Shown: positions 51,840 to 62,505 of the stretch, in pieces | Layout of the letters: the number at the start of each line of letters is the position of its first letter | How positions within the stretch are numbered: position 1 is the first letter of the stretch | DNA from: Desulfatiglandales bacterium | GTDB lineage: Bacteria > Desulfobacterota > DSM-4660 > Desulfatiglandales > Desulfatiglandaceae | Direction of reading: 5' to 3' | DNA: 64,000 nucleotides | Assembly (NCBI GenBank): GCA_963662465.1 | Contig: OY759599.1 | Span: 7,104,001-7,168,000, forward strand | Made by a program: the position numbers and the translations under genes | Notes under the pieces: generated by a model | The model's input: the letters and a program-made list of their open reading frames with translations, nothing else | Database searches by the model: none | Told to the model about the DNA's origin: nothing

Positions 51840-52444
51840 TAAAGGTGGAGAATGTGAGCAAAAGAAAAGACAATGAGAAGTACCATAGAATTATTGAGGC
51901 GGCCACAAGAGTTTTTGCAAAAAATGGCTTTTACCAGTCAAAAATTTCCGAAATTGCAAAAGAAGCCAAAGTGGCGGATGGGACAATTTACATCTATTTT
52001 GAAAACAAGGATGATATTCTGATCTCTCTTTTTGAAGAACAGATGAAGGCTGTTTTGGACAACATGATGCTTCAGGTTTCGGAAATGGAAGATCCGGCCG
52101 CAAAACTTGAAAAGTTTGCATCAACCCATCTGGGTCTCATCGAAATGAACCAGGATATGGCGGAAATTATTCAGGTGGAGCTCCGGCAGAGCGGCAAATT
52201 CATGAAGGAATATAAGAATGAAAGATTTATAGAATATCTTGATATTATAGAAGATATTGTTAGAGATGGGCAGAAGCGGGGGCTTTTCAGAAAAGACGTG
52301 ATCCCGGGTGTTGCCAAAAGAGCATTTTTTGGCGCTTTGGACGAAGTGTCCCGGTTTTGGGTATTGTCAAGTCGTAAACAGTATGATATTAGAACCGTTG
52401 CTAAGCAGATCAGTGGTTTTTTTTTAAATGGCATAAGGGAATAA
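51824..52444 (+). CDS. TetR-family regulator, FadR(YsiA)-like; likely start GTG 51854
   Basis: IAKEAKVADGTIYIYFENKDDILISLFEE...QVELRQS. Confidence 0.9.
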   Translation: MNSHSLKVENVSKRKDNEKYHRIIEAATRVFAKNGFYQSKISEIAKEAKVADGTIYIYFENKDDILISLFEEQMKAVLDNMMLQVSEMEDPAAKLEKFASTHLGLIEMNQDMAEIIQVELRQSGKFMKEYKNERFIEYLDIIEDIVRDGQKRGLFRKDVIPGVAKRAFFGALDEVSRFWVLSSRKQYDIRTVAKQISGFFLNGIRE

Positions 52445-52495
52445 TAAGTTCATGCATGGCGTTAACTTGAAACAGTTGTAAGGAAGGAGGACAAA

Positions 52496-53290
52496 GTGAA
52501 CATTATAGTCTGTCTGAAACAGGTACCGGATACCGAAAGCCAGATCAAGATTGGACCGGACGGGGCGTCAATTATGACGGATGACGTCAAATGGGTGATG
52601 AATCCCTATGATGAGTACGGCGTTGAAGAGGCTTTGCGTCTGAAAGAAAAACACGGCGGCGAGGTGACCGTGGTGGGTCTTGGGCCCAAAAGAGTAACGG
52701 AATCTATCCGCACGGCGTTGGCCATGGGTGCGGACAAGGGAATCCTGGTCAGTGACGAGGCCCTGGACGGCAGTGATGCGCTTGGGACGGCCAAGGCCAT
52801 TGCCGCCGCCATCAAAGATCTTGAGGCTGATATTATTTTTACAGGTCAGCGGGGCGTGGATGATGATCAGGGATTGGTCGGCGCGGCCATCGCGGAGCTG
52901 CTGAACATTCCGCAGCTTTCCCTGATTGTCAAGGTTGAAGTGGCCGAGGATGGAAAGACTGTGAAGGTGGACCGACCCATTGAAGGGGAGACCCTTGTCA
53001 TTGAGTCTTCGTTGCCCGCTCTTATTACGGCTCAAAAAGGGTTGAATGAGCCCCGATATGCGTCTCTTCCCGGAATCATGAAGGCCAAGAAAAAGCCCCT
53101 TGCGGAAAAAAGCCTTGGGGACCTGGGCCTGGATGCCGCGGAATTCGGTGTGGGCGCAAGGAAATTGAAAATTTTGGAACTGATTCCGCCTCCCTCGCGA
53201 AAGGCCGGCATCATCGTTCCGGGCGATACGCCTCAGGACAAGGCCGCCGCGCTGGCAAAGCTGCTTCACGACGAGGCCAAGGTTTTATAA
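52496..53290 (+). CDS. etfB: Electron transfer flavoprotein beta subunit
   Basis: VCLKQVPDT, NPYDEY, ALAMGAD, NEPRYASLPGIMKAKKK. Confidence 0.97.
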   Translation: MNIIVCLKQVPDTESQIKIGPDGASIMTDDVKWVMNPYDEYGVEEALRLKEKHGGEVTVVGLGPKRVTESIRTALAMGADKGILVSDEALDGSDALGTAKAIAAAIKDLEADIIFTGQRGVDDDQGLVGAAIAELLNIPQLSLIVKVEVAEDGKTVKVDRPIEGETLVIESSLPALITAQKGLNEPRYASLPGIMKAKKKPLAEKSLGDLGLDAAEFGVGARKLKILELIPPPSRKAGIIVPGDTPQDKAAALAKLLHDEAKVL

Positions 53291-53370
53291 TCCCTTCCCT
53301 TTTCTGATCTTTTCAAATGGGATGGGTGTGCGAATATTAATGTTTTGGATGATTGTGTAAGGAGAAAAAA

Positions 53371-54354
53371 ATGGCACAGGGAGTTTGGACGATTGCCGAG
53401 CAGAGGGATGGCGCAATTCGGAAAATCACTTACGAAATTGTGAGTGAAGGAAGACGTCTGGCGGATGCCCTTGGTCAGGAACTGACCGTGATACTGCTGG
53501 GTTCTAATATCAAGGACAAGGCCGCTGAACTGGGCCAATATGGCGCGGACAAGGTTTTGGTTTGTGATGACCCGAAACTGGAACCCTATACCACCGATGC
53601 TTATGTGTCTGTCATTTCGGGTCTGGTTAAGGCCGGAGATCCGGCTATACTGCTCGTGGGCGCCTCTGTGGAAGGAAAGGATCTCTCTTCGAGACTGGCG
53701 GCGCGTCTTGATGTGGGAATGGCTCAGGACTGCACCGCTTTTGCCGTTGAAGATGGAAACCTTGTGGCAACCCGGCCCATATATGCCGGTAAGGCCTATG
53801 CAAGGGTAAGCTTTGAAAACAGCTTCCCACAGATGGCCGCGGCCAGGCCGAAGGTCATGGAAATGAATGAACCTGATGCATCCAAATCCGCCGAGGTGAT
53901 AGACGCTGATTTCAGCTTGGATGACGGGGATTTGAAAACCAAGGTTTTGGAAGTGCTTAAGGATGAAAGCGGCAAGGTAGACCTGACGGAAGCGGACAAA
54001 ATCGTTTCAGGCGGGCGGGGCATGAAAGGCCCTGAAAATTATAAGATTCTGGAAGATCTGGCGGACTTGATCGGCGCCAGCATCGGCGCCTCCCGTTCGG
54101 CTGTTGACGCGGGATGGCGGCCTCATACGGATCAAGTGGGACAAACGGGAAAAGTGGTTTCCCCCAACCTGTATGTGGCTTGTGGTATATCCGGCGCCAT
54201 TCAGCATTTGGCGGGCATGAGTACTTCGAAAGTGATTGTCGCCATCAATAAGGACGAGGATGCTCCCATTTTCCAGAAGGCCGATTATGGTGTTGTGGGA
54301 GACCTTTTTGATGTGGTTCCGGCATTGACCGAAGAGGTGAAGAAATACCTGTAA
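53371..54354 (+). CDS. etfA: Electron transfer flavoprotein alpha subunit
   Basis: VSGGRG, QVGQTGK, GISGAIQHLAGM. Confidence 0.97.
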   Translation: MAQGVWTIAEQRDGAIRKITYEIVSEGRRLADALGQELTVILLGSNIKDKAAELGQYGADKVLVCDDPKLEPYTTDAYVSVISGLVKAGDPAILLVGASVEGKDLSSRLAARLDVGMAQDCTAFAVEDGNLVATRPIYAGKAYARVSFENSFPQMAAARPKVMEMNEPDASKSAEVIDADFSLDDGDLKTKVLEVLKDESGKVDLTEADKIVSGGRGMKGPENYKILEDLADLIGASIGASRSAVDAGWRPHTDQVGQTGKVVSPNLYVACGISGAIQHLAGMSTSKVIVAINKDEDAPIFQKADYGVVGDLFDVVPALTEEVKKYL

Positions 54355-54376
54355 GAGAATCAGAACGTCATTTAAT

Positions 54377-54414
54377 GGGCGTCCCGGGCGTGTTTTACTC
54401 GGGGCGCTCTTTTA
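54377..54414 (+). terminator. Intrinsic terminator after etfA
   Basis: GGGCGTCCCGGG...CTCGGGGCGCTC followed by TTTT. Confidence 0.6.
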
Positions 54415-54461
54415 GCTTTTAGCCATTAGCTCAAGAGCTAACAGCTAACGGCTAATAGCTT

Positions 54462-55175
54462 TTAAAGTAACTCCAGGAAGTCCTCCAGGTCCAGATTCTT
54501 GAGTTCCTCCAAGGCAATCTCTTCGCTGACAGGCTGTTGATCCACTTCCATGGCGCCGGGTTGAACCAGCAATTCCAAGGCTTTTTCGTTCGGCTCCCTA
54601 AGCCATTGTTTTATCCGTTCCGCGGGTTGACGAATTTCTTCCAGTTCTTCCCACATGTTGCTGGTGATGTCGCGGGCTTCGCCGGAAGCCAGATGAGGGG
54701 CCCCGAAAAAGCGATCGAGAATGACGGCGATGGGAATGTACACCTCTTTTTCCAGTAAATAACTTAGCTTTTGCATATAAGCAGACGCATAGATGTGTTC
54801 ATTCACGGGAACTGATCCCACTTCTTTTTGAATGACCACGCCGTATTTGAGTCGCATGCGTCTGTCCCCTTTAAGTGGTTCAGGAATCCAGTAAATGCCT
54901 TCCAAAGGGTTTGAAGTCTCTTCCTGAATTTGCCTTGCTGAGGTAAATTCAGTGCTTTGTGGCTGTATTCGTTCCGGTTCCGTTTCATCCATTATGACAA
55001 CCCGGGTTCCGGGTTTGAGAGGGTGAAAAATGCCATTTTCAGAGATTAGACCTATTTCGTGGTGCCCACAAGTAGGGCAGTTTCTGGCAGTGACGGTGCC
55101 TGAAAATGGACCCCCTTTACTATTTGCCATTTTTGTCTCCTTGATAATTTTGTCGGGCTTGCGTGCCGACGCCAT
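54462..55175 (-). CDS. Hypothetical protein with an N-terminal CPTC motif
   Basis: Unique ORF; likely start MANSK at 55130. Confidence 0.7.
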   Translation of the reverse strand: MASARKPDKIIKETKMANSKGGPFSGTVTARNCPTCGHHEIGLISENGIFHPLKPGTRVVIMDETEPERIQPQSTEFTSARQIQEETSNPLEGIYWIPEPLKGDRRMRLKYGVVIQKEVGSVPVNEHIYASAYMQKLSYLLEKEVYIPIAVILDRFFGAPHLASGEARDITSNMWEELEEIRQPAERIKQWLREPNEKALELLVQPGAMEVDQQPVSEEIALEELKNLDLEDFLELL

Positions 55176-55415
55176 GGATTTACAAATTTATCCTAACAAA
55201 ATATCGTATCCGATTATTAAGGGGCAAGTAAAGAAGGTGGTCTGAAAATTAACAGGGAGATGGTAAATATCAATTTTTGCCGGAACATTTAGTCAGGCGC
55301 CGTTGCAATATTATTTCCTTATATTTCAATAACTTTGGAAATGTTTTTTTCATTGGAGTATTATTTGGTTGACAAAAAGATAAAATTGCATACATTTAGG
55401 CCCCAGATCGCTAAC

Positions 55416-55492
55416 GGCGGTGTAGCTCAGTTGGTCAGAGCATGCGGCTCATATCCGCAGGGTCACTGGTTCAAATCCAGTCACCGCCACCA
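55416..55492 (+). tRNA. tRNA with CAT anticodon (likely elongator Met)
   Basis: Cloverleaf GGCGGTG...CACCGCC-ACCA; anticodon arm TGCGG-CTCATAT-CCGCA; GGTTCAAATCC. Confidence 0.93.
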
Positions 55493-55578
55493 GCAAAAAC
55501 CCAGCCCGGCGTTGACATTTTCCTGTCCGACCTTATTTTTTTCGTATTGTTACGCCAATACGGACCTTTGATGTCACT

Positions 55579-56100
55579 ATGGCCTCTTTCAAAGAAAATG
55601 ATCTTACGATTGTCAGCGACGCTCTGGAAATTGCGGAAGACGCCACGGGCGATTTTTATAAGTTTTCGCTGAGGCAATGGAAAAGGCATCGTTATGATGT
55701 CAAGACCCGGTTTTCTCTAAAATCCGAAGGTTTGAACGCTTCCGCATTGGCGGTCCTGTTCAAAGGCATCCGGATGATGGACGATTTTGAACCGAAAACA
55801 AAATGCAGAGATTTTTACCTCATCTGTTTGCAGGACCACTTTATCCTGGAGGTTTTAAAAAGGGATCGTTATCTTACGCTTTTGCCGCTTCTCATTTATG
55901 TTTTTACCCATGAATTGGTTCATATCGTGAGGTTTTGTAACTTTTTTCAACGGTTCGATGTGTCCGAAAAAAACAGAGACAAAGAAGAAGAAATTGTTCA
56001 CAAGACTACTTTTGAAATTCTAAAGAAGTTTTCTTTGCCGAATTTGAATTACGTCCTTGATTCTTATCAGGGGCACAGGATGTGCGAGATTGTTTTTTGA
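55579..56100 (+). CDS. Hypothetical protein with an HExxH motif
   Basis: THELVH. Confidence 0.75.
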   Translation: MASFKENDLTIVSDALEIAEDATGDFYKFSLRQWKRHRYDVKTRFSLKSEGLNASALAVLFKGIRMMDDFEPKTKCRDFYLICLQDHFILEVLKRDRYLTLLPLLIYVFTHELVHIVRFCNFFQRFDVSEKNRDKEEEIVHKTTFEILKKFSLPNLNYVLDSYQGHRMCEIVF

Positions 56101-56124
56101 ATGTGAAGAAGGAGGTATTTAGGA

Positions 56125-56445
56125 ATGCCGATTTATGAATATGAATGCGATAAATGCGGGCACCATGTGGAGGCCTTGCAGAAAATCACGGACCCCCCGC
56201 TTATGGAGTGTGAACAGTGCCATTCAAAGATGAAAAAGCTCATAAGTCAGAGTACTTTTCACCTGAAAGGGACAGGGTGGTATGTGACCGACTACGCCTC
56301 TAAGGATAAAAACAGCCAGGTGGAGACCAAGGAAAAGGCGTCTTCCGGCACTGGTGATGCGCCGGCAACAAAAGTCGAAGCAAAAACCGCGACGGAAACG
56401 GCGACCCAAAAGGAAGTATCAACTACTTCCAAAGCTAAAGATTAA
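56125..56445 (+). CDS. FmdB-family zinc ribbon protein
   Basis: MPIYEYECDKCGH...CEQC...FHLKGTGWYVTDY. Confidence 0.92.
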   Translation: MPIYEYECDKCGHHVEALQKITDPPLMECEQCHSKMKKLISQSTFHLKGTGWYVTDYASKDKNSQVETKEKASSGTGDAPATKVEAKTATETATQKEVSTTSKAKD

Positions 56446-56472
56446 CCTCAATGTGAATGGTGAAGGTTTCCT

Positions 56473-57030
56473 ATGCATACCAGGGATAGCGGCAGGGTTC
56501 ACGAAAAATTGGTCAACCGGCTGGAGCGCCAGGAAAAGAAGCGTGCTTTTCAGCAGGGAAGGTTCTTCAAGTTTAAACTGGATGAAATCCACGGCAAACT
56601 GATGCAGACACTGCTGCAAGAAAAGATCATCGAAACAGACAATTCAGCGGCTGTTTCCGGTGCTCTCATGAAGGGCATGAAAAAAGCGGCAAACAGTACG
56701 GAATTTGATTTCACATATTTTATTTCACCGATCCGTACGCTGGTTTCCCGTCCAAACCCTTATTCTCTCTACATGACGCAGTATCTCATGGAAGTCCTCA
56801 TTAATGATCCTGGTGTTATTGAAATCTATGGTACGGACGAGGAAATATACCATGTGATCAACAGGGTTATCAGCCGGAGCAGCATAAAATTCGATGAGAT
56901 GGAGCGGGAGATCGAGGCACAGCTGGCACGCAACCAAAATCTGGCGCCGGGATCGCCGGCTTATCAGGTGGCAAAGGATCAGTTGTTTCAGCAAAAAGTG
57001 GGTGGTCCCAAAGACGGCCCCCGTTCCTAG
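56473..57030 (+). CDS. Hypothetical protein
   Basis: ORF in operon context. Confidence 0.75.
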   Translation: MHTRDSGRVHEKLVNRLERQEKKRAFQQGRFFKFKLDEIHGKLMQTLLQEKIIETDNSAAVSGALMKGMKKAANSTEFDFTYFISPIRTLVSRPNPYSLYMTQYLMEVLINDPGVIEIYGTDEEIYHVINRVISRSSIKFDEMEREIEAQLARNQNLAPGSPAYQVAKDQLFQQKVGGPKDGPRS

Positions 57031-57150
57031 AGACATGCCGATGGAATAAACACTTTTCCTATAGTGTTCTATTCGGTTGCCACTGATGTCGGTTTTTTTC
57101 CGCCAATTGTTTTTGGATGATGTTGTTTGTTGTTTTGACGGGAGTTTTTC

Positions 57151-58092
57151 ATGGGAGAGACGGTAGCGTTTTTATTTCCGGGACAAGGCTCGCAGGTTGT
57201 GGGTATGGGGCGGGGCCTGCTGGATCGGTTCCCAGGCCTTGAACACATCTTTAAGGAAGCGGACCTGATTTGCGGAAAGCCCATCTCCAAACTCTGCTTT
57301 GAGGGGCCTATGTCTGAGTTGACCCTCACGGAAAATTGTCAGCCGGCTATTACCGCCGTCAGTTTGGCTTGTCTTTCCGTCCTGAATGAATCGGGCATCA
57401 GTGCAGCGGTTTCAGCCGGCCACAGTGTGGGTGAATACGCGGCTATGGTTTCAGCGGGTATCGTCAGCGAAAGCGACGCCCTCCGCTTGGTTCAAAAAAG
57501 GGGTGCGTTGATGCATCGGGAGGCCTTGGCGAACCCCGGCCTCATGGCAGCGGTGGTTGGCTTGGATATGGATGTGGTGCTTGCGATTGTGGCGGAAGCA
57601 AAAAAAGGCGATATCCTCGATGTTGCCAACCACAATGCAGCCCGGCAGATCGTCATTACCGGACAAAAGGACCCTTTGGACCGGGCTGTTCAACTGGCTA
57701 AAAAGAAAAAGGCCAAGGCCATCCCCCTGAAGGTCAGCGGCGCCTGGCATTCCAGGCTGATGCGGGGCGGTGTGGATGAGTTCAGGGCGTTCATGGAAGA
57801 TATCCCTTTTTCATCCCCCCAATCGGAAATGCTCTTTAATGCGACAGCCCGGTGTGAAACCGATCCAGAGCGCATCAAGGATATTATGGCCAACCAGCTG
57901 GTGAGCCCGGTGAGGTGGTACGATATCATGCGGAAAATGCTGGATGATGGGGTGGACACCTTTGTGGAGGTGGGACCCAAGAATGTATTGGCCGGCTTGC
58001 TTAAAAAAATTGTCTCCCCCGATGATGTCATCAGCGTGTTCAGCGTCCAGGACCCCAAGGGTCTGGAAAGCGTTCTGGAAAAGATTTCCTGA
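57151..58092 (+). CDS. fabD: Malonyl-CoA:ACP transacylase
   Basis: FLFPGQGSQ, GHSVGEY, VSGAWHS, FVEVGP. Confidence 0.95.
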   Translation: MGETVAFLFPGQGSQVVGMGRGLLDRFPGLEHIFKEADLICGKPISKLCFEGPMSELTLTENCQPAITAVSLACLSVLNESGISAAVSAGHSVGEYAAMVSAGIVSESDALRLVQKRGALMHREALANPGLMAAVVGLDMDVVLAIVAEAKKGDILDVANHNAARQIVITGQKDPLDRAVQLAKKKKAKAIPLKVSGAWHSRLMRGGVDEFRAFMEDIPFSSPQSEMLFNATARCETDPERIKDIMANQLVSPVRWYDIMRKMLDDGVDTFVEVGPKNVLAGLLKKIVSPDDVISVFSVQDPKGLESVLEKIS

Positions 58093-58137
58093 AGCCCCTC
58101 TTTAGTCTGTTCCGCTTCTCGCCTGATAACGGCGCCA

Positions 58138-58512
58138 TTATCCCCTTATCCCGGGACATTCCGCGATGGCTTGCGCCTTGTGCTTCCTGAAATAATCCCA
58201 GAAGGGGAATTGTCGGCATTGAAGGGGTCTAACCTCGTAGATTGAACATCTGTTTCGCGACCCTTCCAGGAAGATACATTCAAAATCGTGTCCGTTAAAT
58301 CGTTCTTTGATGGATAGCCTGTTGTTGATCCGGTTGAGATACATTTGGATGAAGTCGATGGCATTCATCTTCAAAAAGCCGCGGATTTGATGAATTTCCC
58401 GTTGGTTTAACCAAACACGGCCCGATTTCCCACGGCAACAGTGGCTTGGACAGGTGGTACATGCGTCGGGGTCGAAGCCGAAATCAAATCCATCCTTTCG
58501 TATGATGCTCAC
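58138..58512 (-). CDS. YkgJ-family cysteine cluster protein
   Basis: CTTCPSHCC...CIFL...CSIYEVRPLQCRQFPFW. Confidence 0.9.
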   Translation of the reverse strand: MSIIRKDGFDFGFDPDACTTCPSHCCRGKSGRVWLNQREIHQIRGFLKMNAIDFIQMYLNRINNRLSIKERFNGHDFECIFLEGSRNRCSIYEVRPLQCRQFPFWDYFRKHKAQAIAECPGIRG

Positions 58513-59003
58513 TGCCCTGTCTCTTTCCGTATTTTAGCTTCATGTGCCAGCAGATATTGTTTTACGTCCAGTCCGCTGCTGAATCCCCCGAGTCCCCCGG
58601 CGGCAAGAATCCGGTGTCACGGAAAAATGAGGGGCAGGGGATTTCGGCCCATGGCTTGTCCCACGGCCCTGGCCCCCTTGGGTTTCCCGACCATGGTTGC
58701 TACCTCTTTGTAGGTCCTGGTTTCTCCGAAAGGGATTTTCGCGATCGTTTCCATGACTGACCATTGAAAGGGGGTGCAGGCAATATCCAGGGCCGGCTTT
58801 TCGGGAGGCGTCCTATTGGAAAAGGCCGCTTCAACCGCCTGCTGAAGGGGTCGGTCGGCATCATGGTTTTCCAGTAATTCCGAATTTGAGTAAAAGACCT
58901 TGAAAAAAGTTTTTGCATCGAGTTTTGCATCCCAGCCAAGACCAATGCGAAGCGCCCCCTTTTCCGTGGAAGCCAAATAGACATAAAGGCGATCCATCTT
59001 CAT
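58509..59003 (-). CDS. ogt: Methylated-DNA-protein-cysteine methyltransferase with an in-frame TGA (probable selenocysteine) at the active site
   Basis: IPFGETRTY...ARAVGQAMGRNPLPLIFP-TGA-HRILAAGGLGGFSSGLDVKQYLLAHE. Confidence 0.85.
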
Positions 59004-59929
59004 GCGCCGGCAGTAGATGGGTCGTATAGACGTCCCTGCCATGTTTGTTTCCTTTCCAGCGTATCCTGAATGGTTTTCAGGTTTTCCATTTTGTGAATTG
59101 CCCAGTCCGGCGCAACCAGGTCGGATTTTCCGGGATCCCCGGTCAGCCGTTGAATGACCACTTCAGGGGGCAGAAGTTCCAGAAAATCCACCACCCGGTT
59201 CGCATATTCATCCCTTTCCAAACAACGAAAATCCCCTTTTGCATAAAGTTGCGCCAGGGGGGTTCCGCGAATCACGTAAAGGAGATGGATCTTGACCCCT
59301 TGAACGGGCAGCTCGGCGAGGAATCGGGCCGTTTCCAGCATCATCCGGCGGTTTTCACCGGGAAGCCCCAGAATCACGTGGGCACATACGTTCAGGCTGA
59401 AGTCATGGGCCAGGCGAACCCCCTGTTCGAAACAGGCCACGGAGTGTCCCCGGTTGATGGTTTGAAGGGTTTTGTCGTGGGCCGACTGAAGACCGTATTC
59501 CATCCAGACCAGATGATCCTTTCGGTAGGCGCTGATCATTTCAAGGATTTCTTCATTGACGCAATCGGGCCGGGTGGCCACCGAGAGACCCACCATTTCC
59601 GAATGGCTTAATGCCTCATCGTAGAGCTTTTGTAAATGGGAAACCGGCGCGTAGGTGTTGGTGAAAGATTGAAAATAGGCGATGAACTTGTGCGCCTTAT
59701 ACCGTTTTCGGATGAATCCTTTGGCCCTTTCGATTTGTCGGGAGATGGATTCTCGGTCTTCCGTAAAAGCCCCCGTGCCGGACCCCCGGCCATCACAGAA
59801 GATGCATCCGCCCTCGGAAACGGTTCCATCGCGATTGGGGCACCCGAGTCCGGCGTCCAATGAGATGCGTTGTACTCGTTCCCCGAATTGTTCCCTGAGG
59901 TAGGTGTTGAAATCCCGGTATCGTTTCAT
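59000..59929 (-). CDS. YhcC-like radical SAM protein (TIGR01212 type)
   Basis: CPNRDGT...GCIFC, YFQSFTNTY, TRPDC. Confidence 0.92.
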   Translation of the reverse strand: MKRYRDFNTYLREQFGERVQRISLDAGLGCPNRDGTVSEGGCIFCDGRGSGTGAFTEDRESISRQIERAKGFIRKRYKAHKFIAYFQSFTNTYAPVSHLQKLYDEALSHSEMVGLSVATRPDCVNEEILEMISAYRKDHLVWMEYGLQSAHDKTLQTINRGHSVACFEQGVRLAHDFSLNVCAHVILGLPGENRRMMLETARFLAELPVQGVKIHLLYVIRGTPLAQLYAKGDFRCLERDEYANRVVDFLELLPPEVVIQRLTGDPGKSDLVAPDWAIHKMENLKTIQDTLERKQTWQGRLYDPSTAGA

Positions 59930-60227
59930 GAAGAATCCGCTCAATTGGATTGACTTAAAATGATTGGGGGTTATGATACGAGATGAATGTGTTTTTGAGC
60001 AAGCGCTTTTCTGTTTTGCCATGATTTTTGTTGGTTTACTTCAGAATTTATGTCGCCGCTTATTGGGTGAGAGTTTTAAATCTGTTTATGAGCTGTTAAT
60101 GGCTAGAGGCTAAGCGTTAATCACAATTAACATTTCTGTGATTTTACTTGAATTTTGGAGAATAGTCATATATAGGTCCTGTTTAGATTCCTTTCATGAT
60201 ACATCTTCTGGAGGATTACTTGTTTAG

Positions 60228-62309
60228 ATGAAGCAGCGCATCCGTACGGCCTTGAAATCTCTTGCTGATCCGAAAAAGTGGACCGGTTTTCCCGGAAAAA
60301 CCCATCGCACCAGTCCTGAAAAAACAGAAGCGGCCTTACCGGCAACCCCTCTGTTTACCGTGGAACGTCTAAATGAATCAATCCGAAGAGCCCGAGATCG
60401 TTTTTTGAATATTCAGAGCGACAAAGGATATTGGGTGTTTGATCTGGAGGCGGACACGACCATTCCGTCGGAGTATATCCTGCTCCAGAGATTTCTGGGG
60501 CGTGAGATTTCCATGGAACTCAAAGCCCGGTTCGCCAATTATTTGCGCAACCGGCAGCTTGATAGCGGCGGCTGGCCGTTGTATTATGAGGGTGAAGGCA
60601 ATGTCAGCGCTTCGGTTAAAGCTTATTTTGCCTTAAAACACCTGGGAGACTCTCCCGATGCATCCCATATGGCCAGAGCCAGGGCTTTTGTTCTGAGTCG
60701 GGGGGGGGCTTCGGAAGCCAACGTTTTTACTCGATTCATGTTGGCGCTTTTTGGTCAGATTCCCTGGGAAACCACCCCGGCCATGCCCATTGAGATTATG
60801 CTTTTGCCGAGATGGTTTTTTTTCCATCTTCATAAGATATCTTACTGGTCTCGCACCGTTATTGTTCCCCTTTTGCTCCTCAGTGCAAAGCGACCCGTTT
60901 GTCGTCTGAAGCCGGAGGAAGGGGTTTTCGAGCTTTTTGTGTCGCCGCCACACGCGCTTCGACATCTGGATCATTTTGTTCCGGGCAGTTTTTTTAAAAA
61001 CTGTTTTTTGATTCTGGATCGTATTTTGAAAAAAGTTGACCCCATGATGCCTCGTGTCCTGAGAAAAAAAGGGCTTAAACTGGCTGAGGCATGGACCCTT
61101 GAACGGATGAAGGGCGAGGGCGGTATCGGGGCCATTTTTCCGGCCATGGCCAATGCGGTGATGGCCCTGAGGGTTCTGGGATATCCGGACGATCATCCGG
61201 AATTTGTTCGAGGGATTCAGGCCATAGAAGATTTGTTGGTGACCCACGGCGAGGAATCTTACTGCCAACCCTGTTTGAGTCCCATCTGGGATACCTGCTT
61301 AAGTCTTTCCGCCGTGCTTGAGGGGGGGCTGCCCTCAAACCATGAAGCCGTTCAGGCGGCTATCGACTGGCTTTTTAAACAACTGATCCTTGTTCCCGGG
61401 GACTGGGCTTATCGTGCGCCGGATCTGACGCCTGCCGGCTGGGCCTTCCAGTTTGAAAACACGCTTTACCCGGATGTAGATGATACACCGATGGTTCTCA
61501 TGGCGCTCCTGCGGGGCGGCGCCTTGAATGAAGACAAATACAGGGATAGAATTGCCAAAGCTGTGAACTGGGTGATCGGTCTGCAGAGTTCTGATGGGGG
61601 ATGGGGCGCTTTTGATATCGACAACAATTACCTCTATCTCAATGAGATCCCCTTTGCCGATCACGGGGCGCTCCTGGATCCCGGCACATCCGATTTAACG
61701 GGCAGGTGTATTGAGTTATTGGCCATGTTAGGATATGGGGTTGATTTTCCACCCATTTCCAGAGGTCTTGATTTTCTGAAAAGAGAACAGGAAGATTGCG
61801 GGGCCTGGTTTGGACGCTGGGGCGTCAATTATATTTACGGCACATGGTCTGTTTTGAAAGGCCTGGGTTGCTTGGGTGAAGATCCGTCGCAGCCCTATAT
61901 CCGGCGGGCGGTTCAGTGGTTGAAAACATGTCAGAACTCGGATAATGGCTGGGGTGAAACATGTTACTCTTATACGGATCCCCGTCTTGCGGGGAAGGGG
62001 AAAAGCACCGCTTCCCAAACCGCATGGGCGCTCCTTGGGCTCATGGCCGCCGGTGAAGTGGGGAGTTCCGCGGTACAGCGGGGGGTTCACTACCTTCTCA
62101 AGCAACAGACTAAACAGGGAAAATGGGACGAAATGCTCTATACCGGAACGGGCTTTCCCAGTGTGTTTTACCTGCGTTATCATGGGTATGCTCAGTTTTT
62201 TCCCTTATGGGCACTGGGTGAATACCGTCGATTACGTTCGGACAAAATGACCCTTCAAGATAAAGTTAGCCTGAAATGCTCTGTGGATTTATCCCTGCCG
62301 GCTTTATAA
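60228..62309 (+). CDS. shc: Squalene-hopene cyclase
   Basis: SPIWDT, YPDVDDT, QW repeats, WFGRWGVNYIYGT, GTGFP..FYLRYH. Confidence 0.97.
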   Translation: MKQRIRTALKSLADPKKWTGFPGKTHRTSPEKTEAALPATPLFTVERLNESIRRARDRFLNIQSDKGYWVFDLEADTTIPSEYILLQRFLGREISMELKARFANYLRNRQLDSGGWPLYYEGEGNVSASVKAYFALKHLGDSPDASHMARARAFVLSRGGASEANVFTRFMLALFGQIPWETTPAMPIEIMLLPRWFFFHLHKISYWSRTVIVPLLLLSAKRPVCRLKPEEGVFELFVSPPHALRHLDHFVPGSFFKNCFLILDRILKKVDPMMPRVLRKKGLKLAEAWTLERMKGEGGIGAIFPAMANAVMALRVLGYPDDHPEFVRGIQAIEDLLVTHGEESYCQPCLSPIWDTCLSLSAVLEGGLPSNHEAVQAAIDWLFKQLILVPGDWAYRAPDLTPAGWAFQFENTLYPDVDDTPMVLMALLRGGALNEDKYRDRIAKAVNWVIGLQSSDGGWGAFDIDNNYLYLNEIPFADHGALLDPGTSDLTGRCIELLAMLGYGVDFPPISRGLDFLKREQEDCGAWFGRWGVNYIYGTWSVLKGLGCLGEDPSQPYIRRAVQWLKTCQNSDNGWGETCYSYTDPRLAGKGKSTASQTAWALLGLMAAGEVGSSAVQRGVHYLLKQQTKQGKWDEMLYTGTGFPSVFYLRYHGYAQFFPLWALGEYRRLRSDKMTLQDKVSLKCSVDLSLPAL

Positions 62310-62505
62310 ACCGGATAAGCGGTGCTTCCGCCCTCATTCTGAAATCCTTATTTGCCTGATATTAATCTCGGTTCCTACCTATCTGCCGGTAAGATTTTAA
62401 ACTTCTCTTTTTGGTGGGATTTAAATTTTTTCCCCAGTCTGTTCCAGAGCGTCAATGAGTTTCACCTTTTTTCTATAAACATCATTCATAATGATAGCTT
62501 AAATA

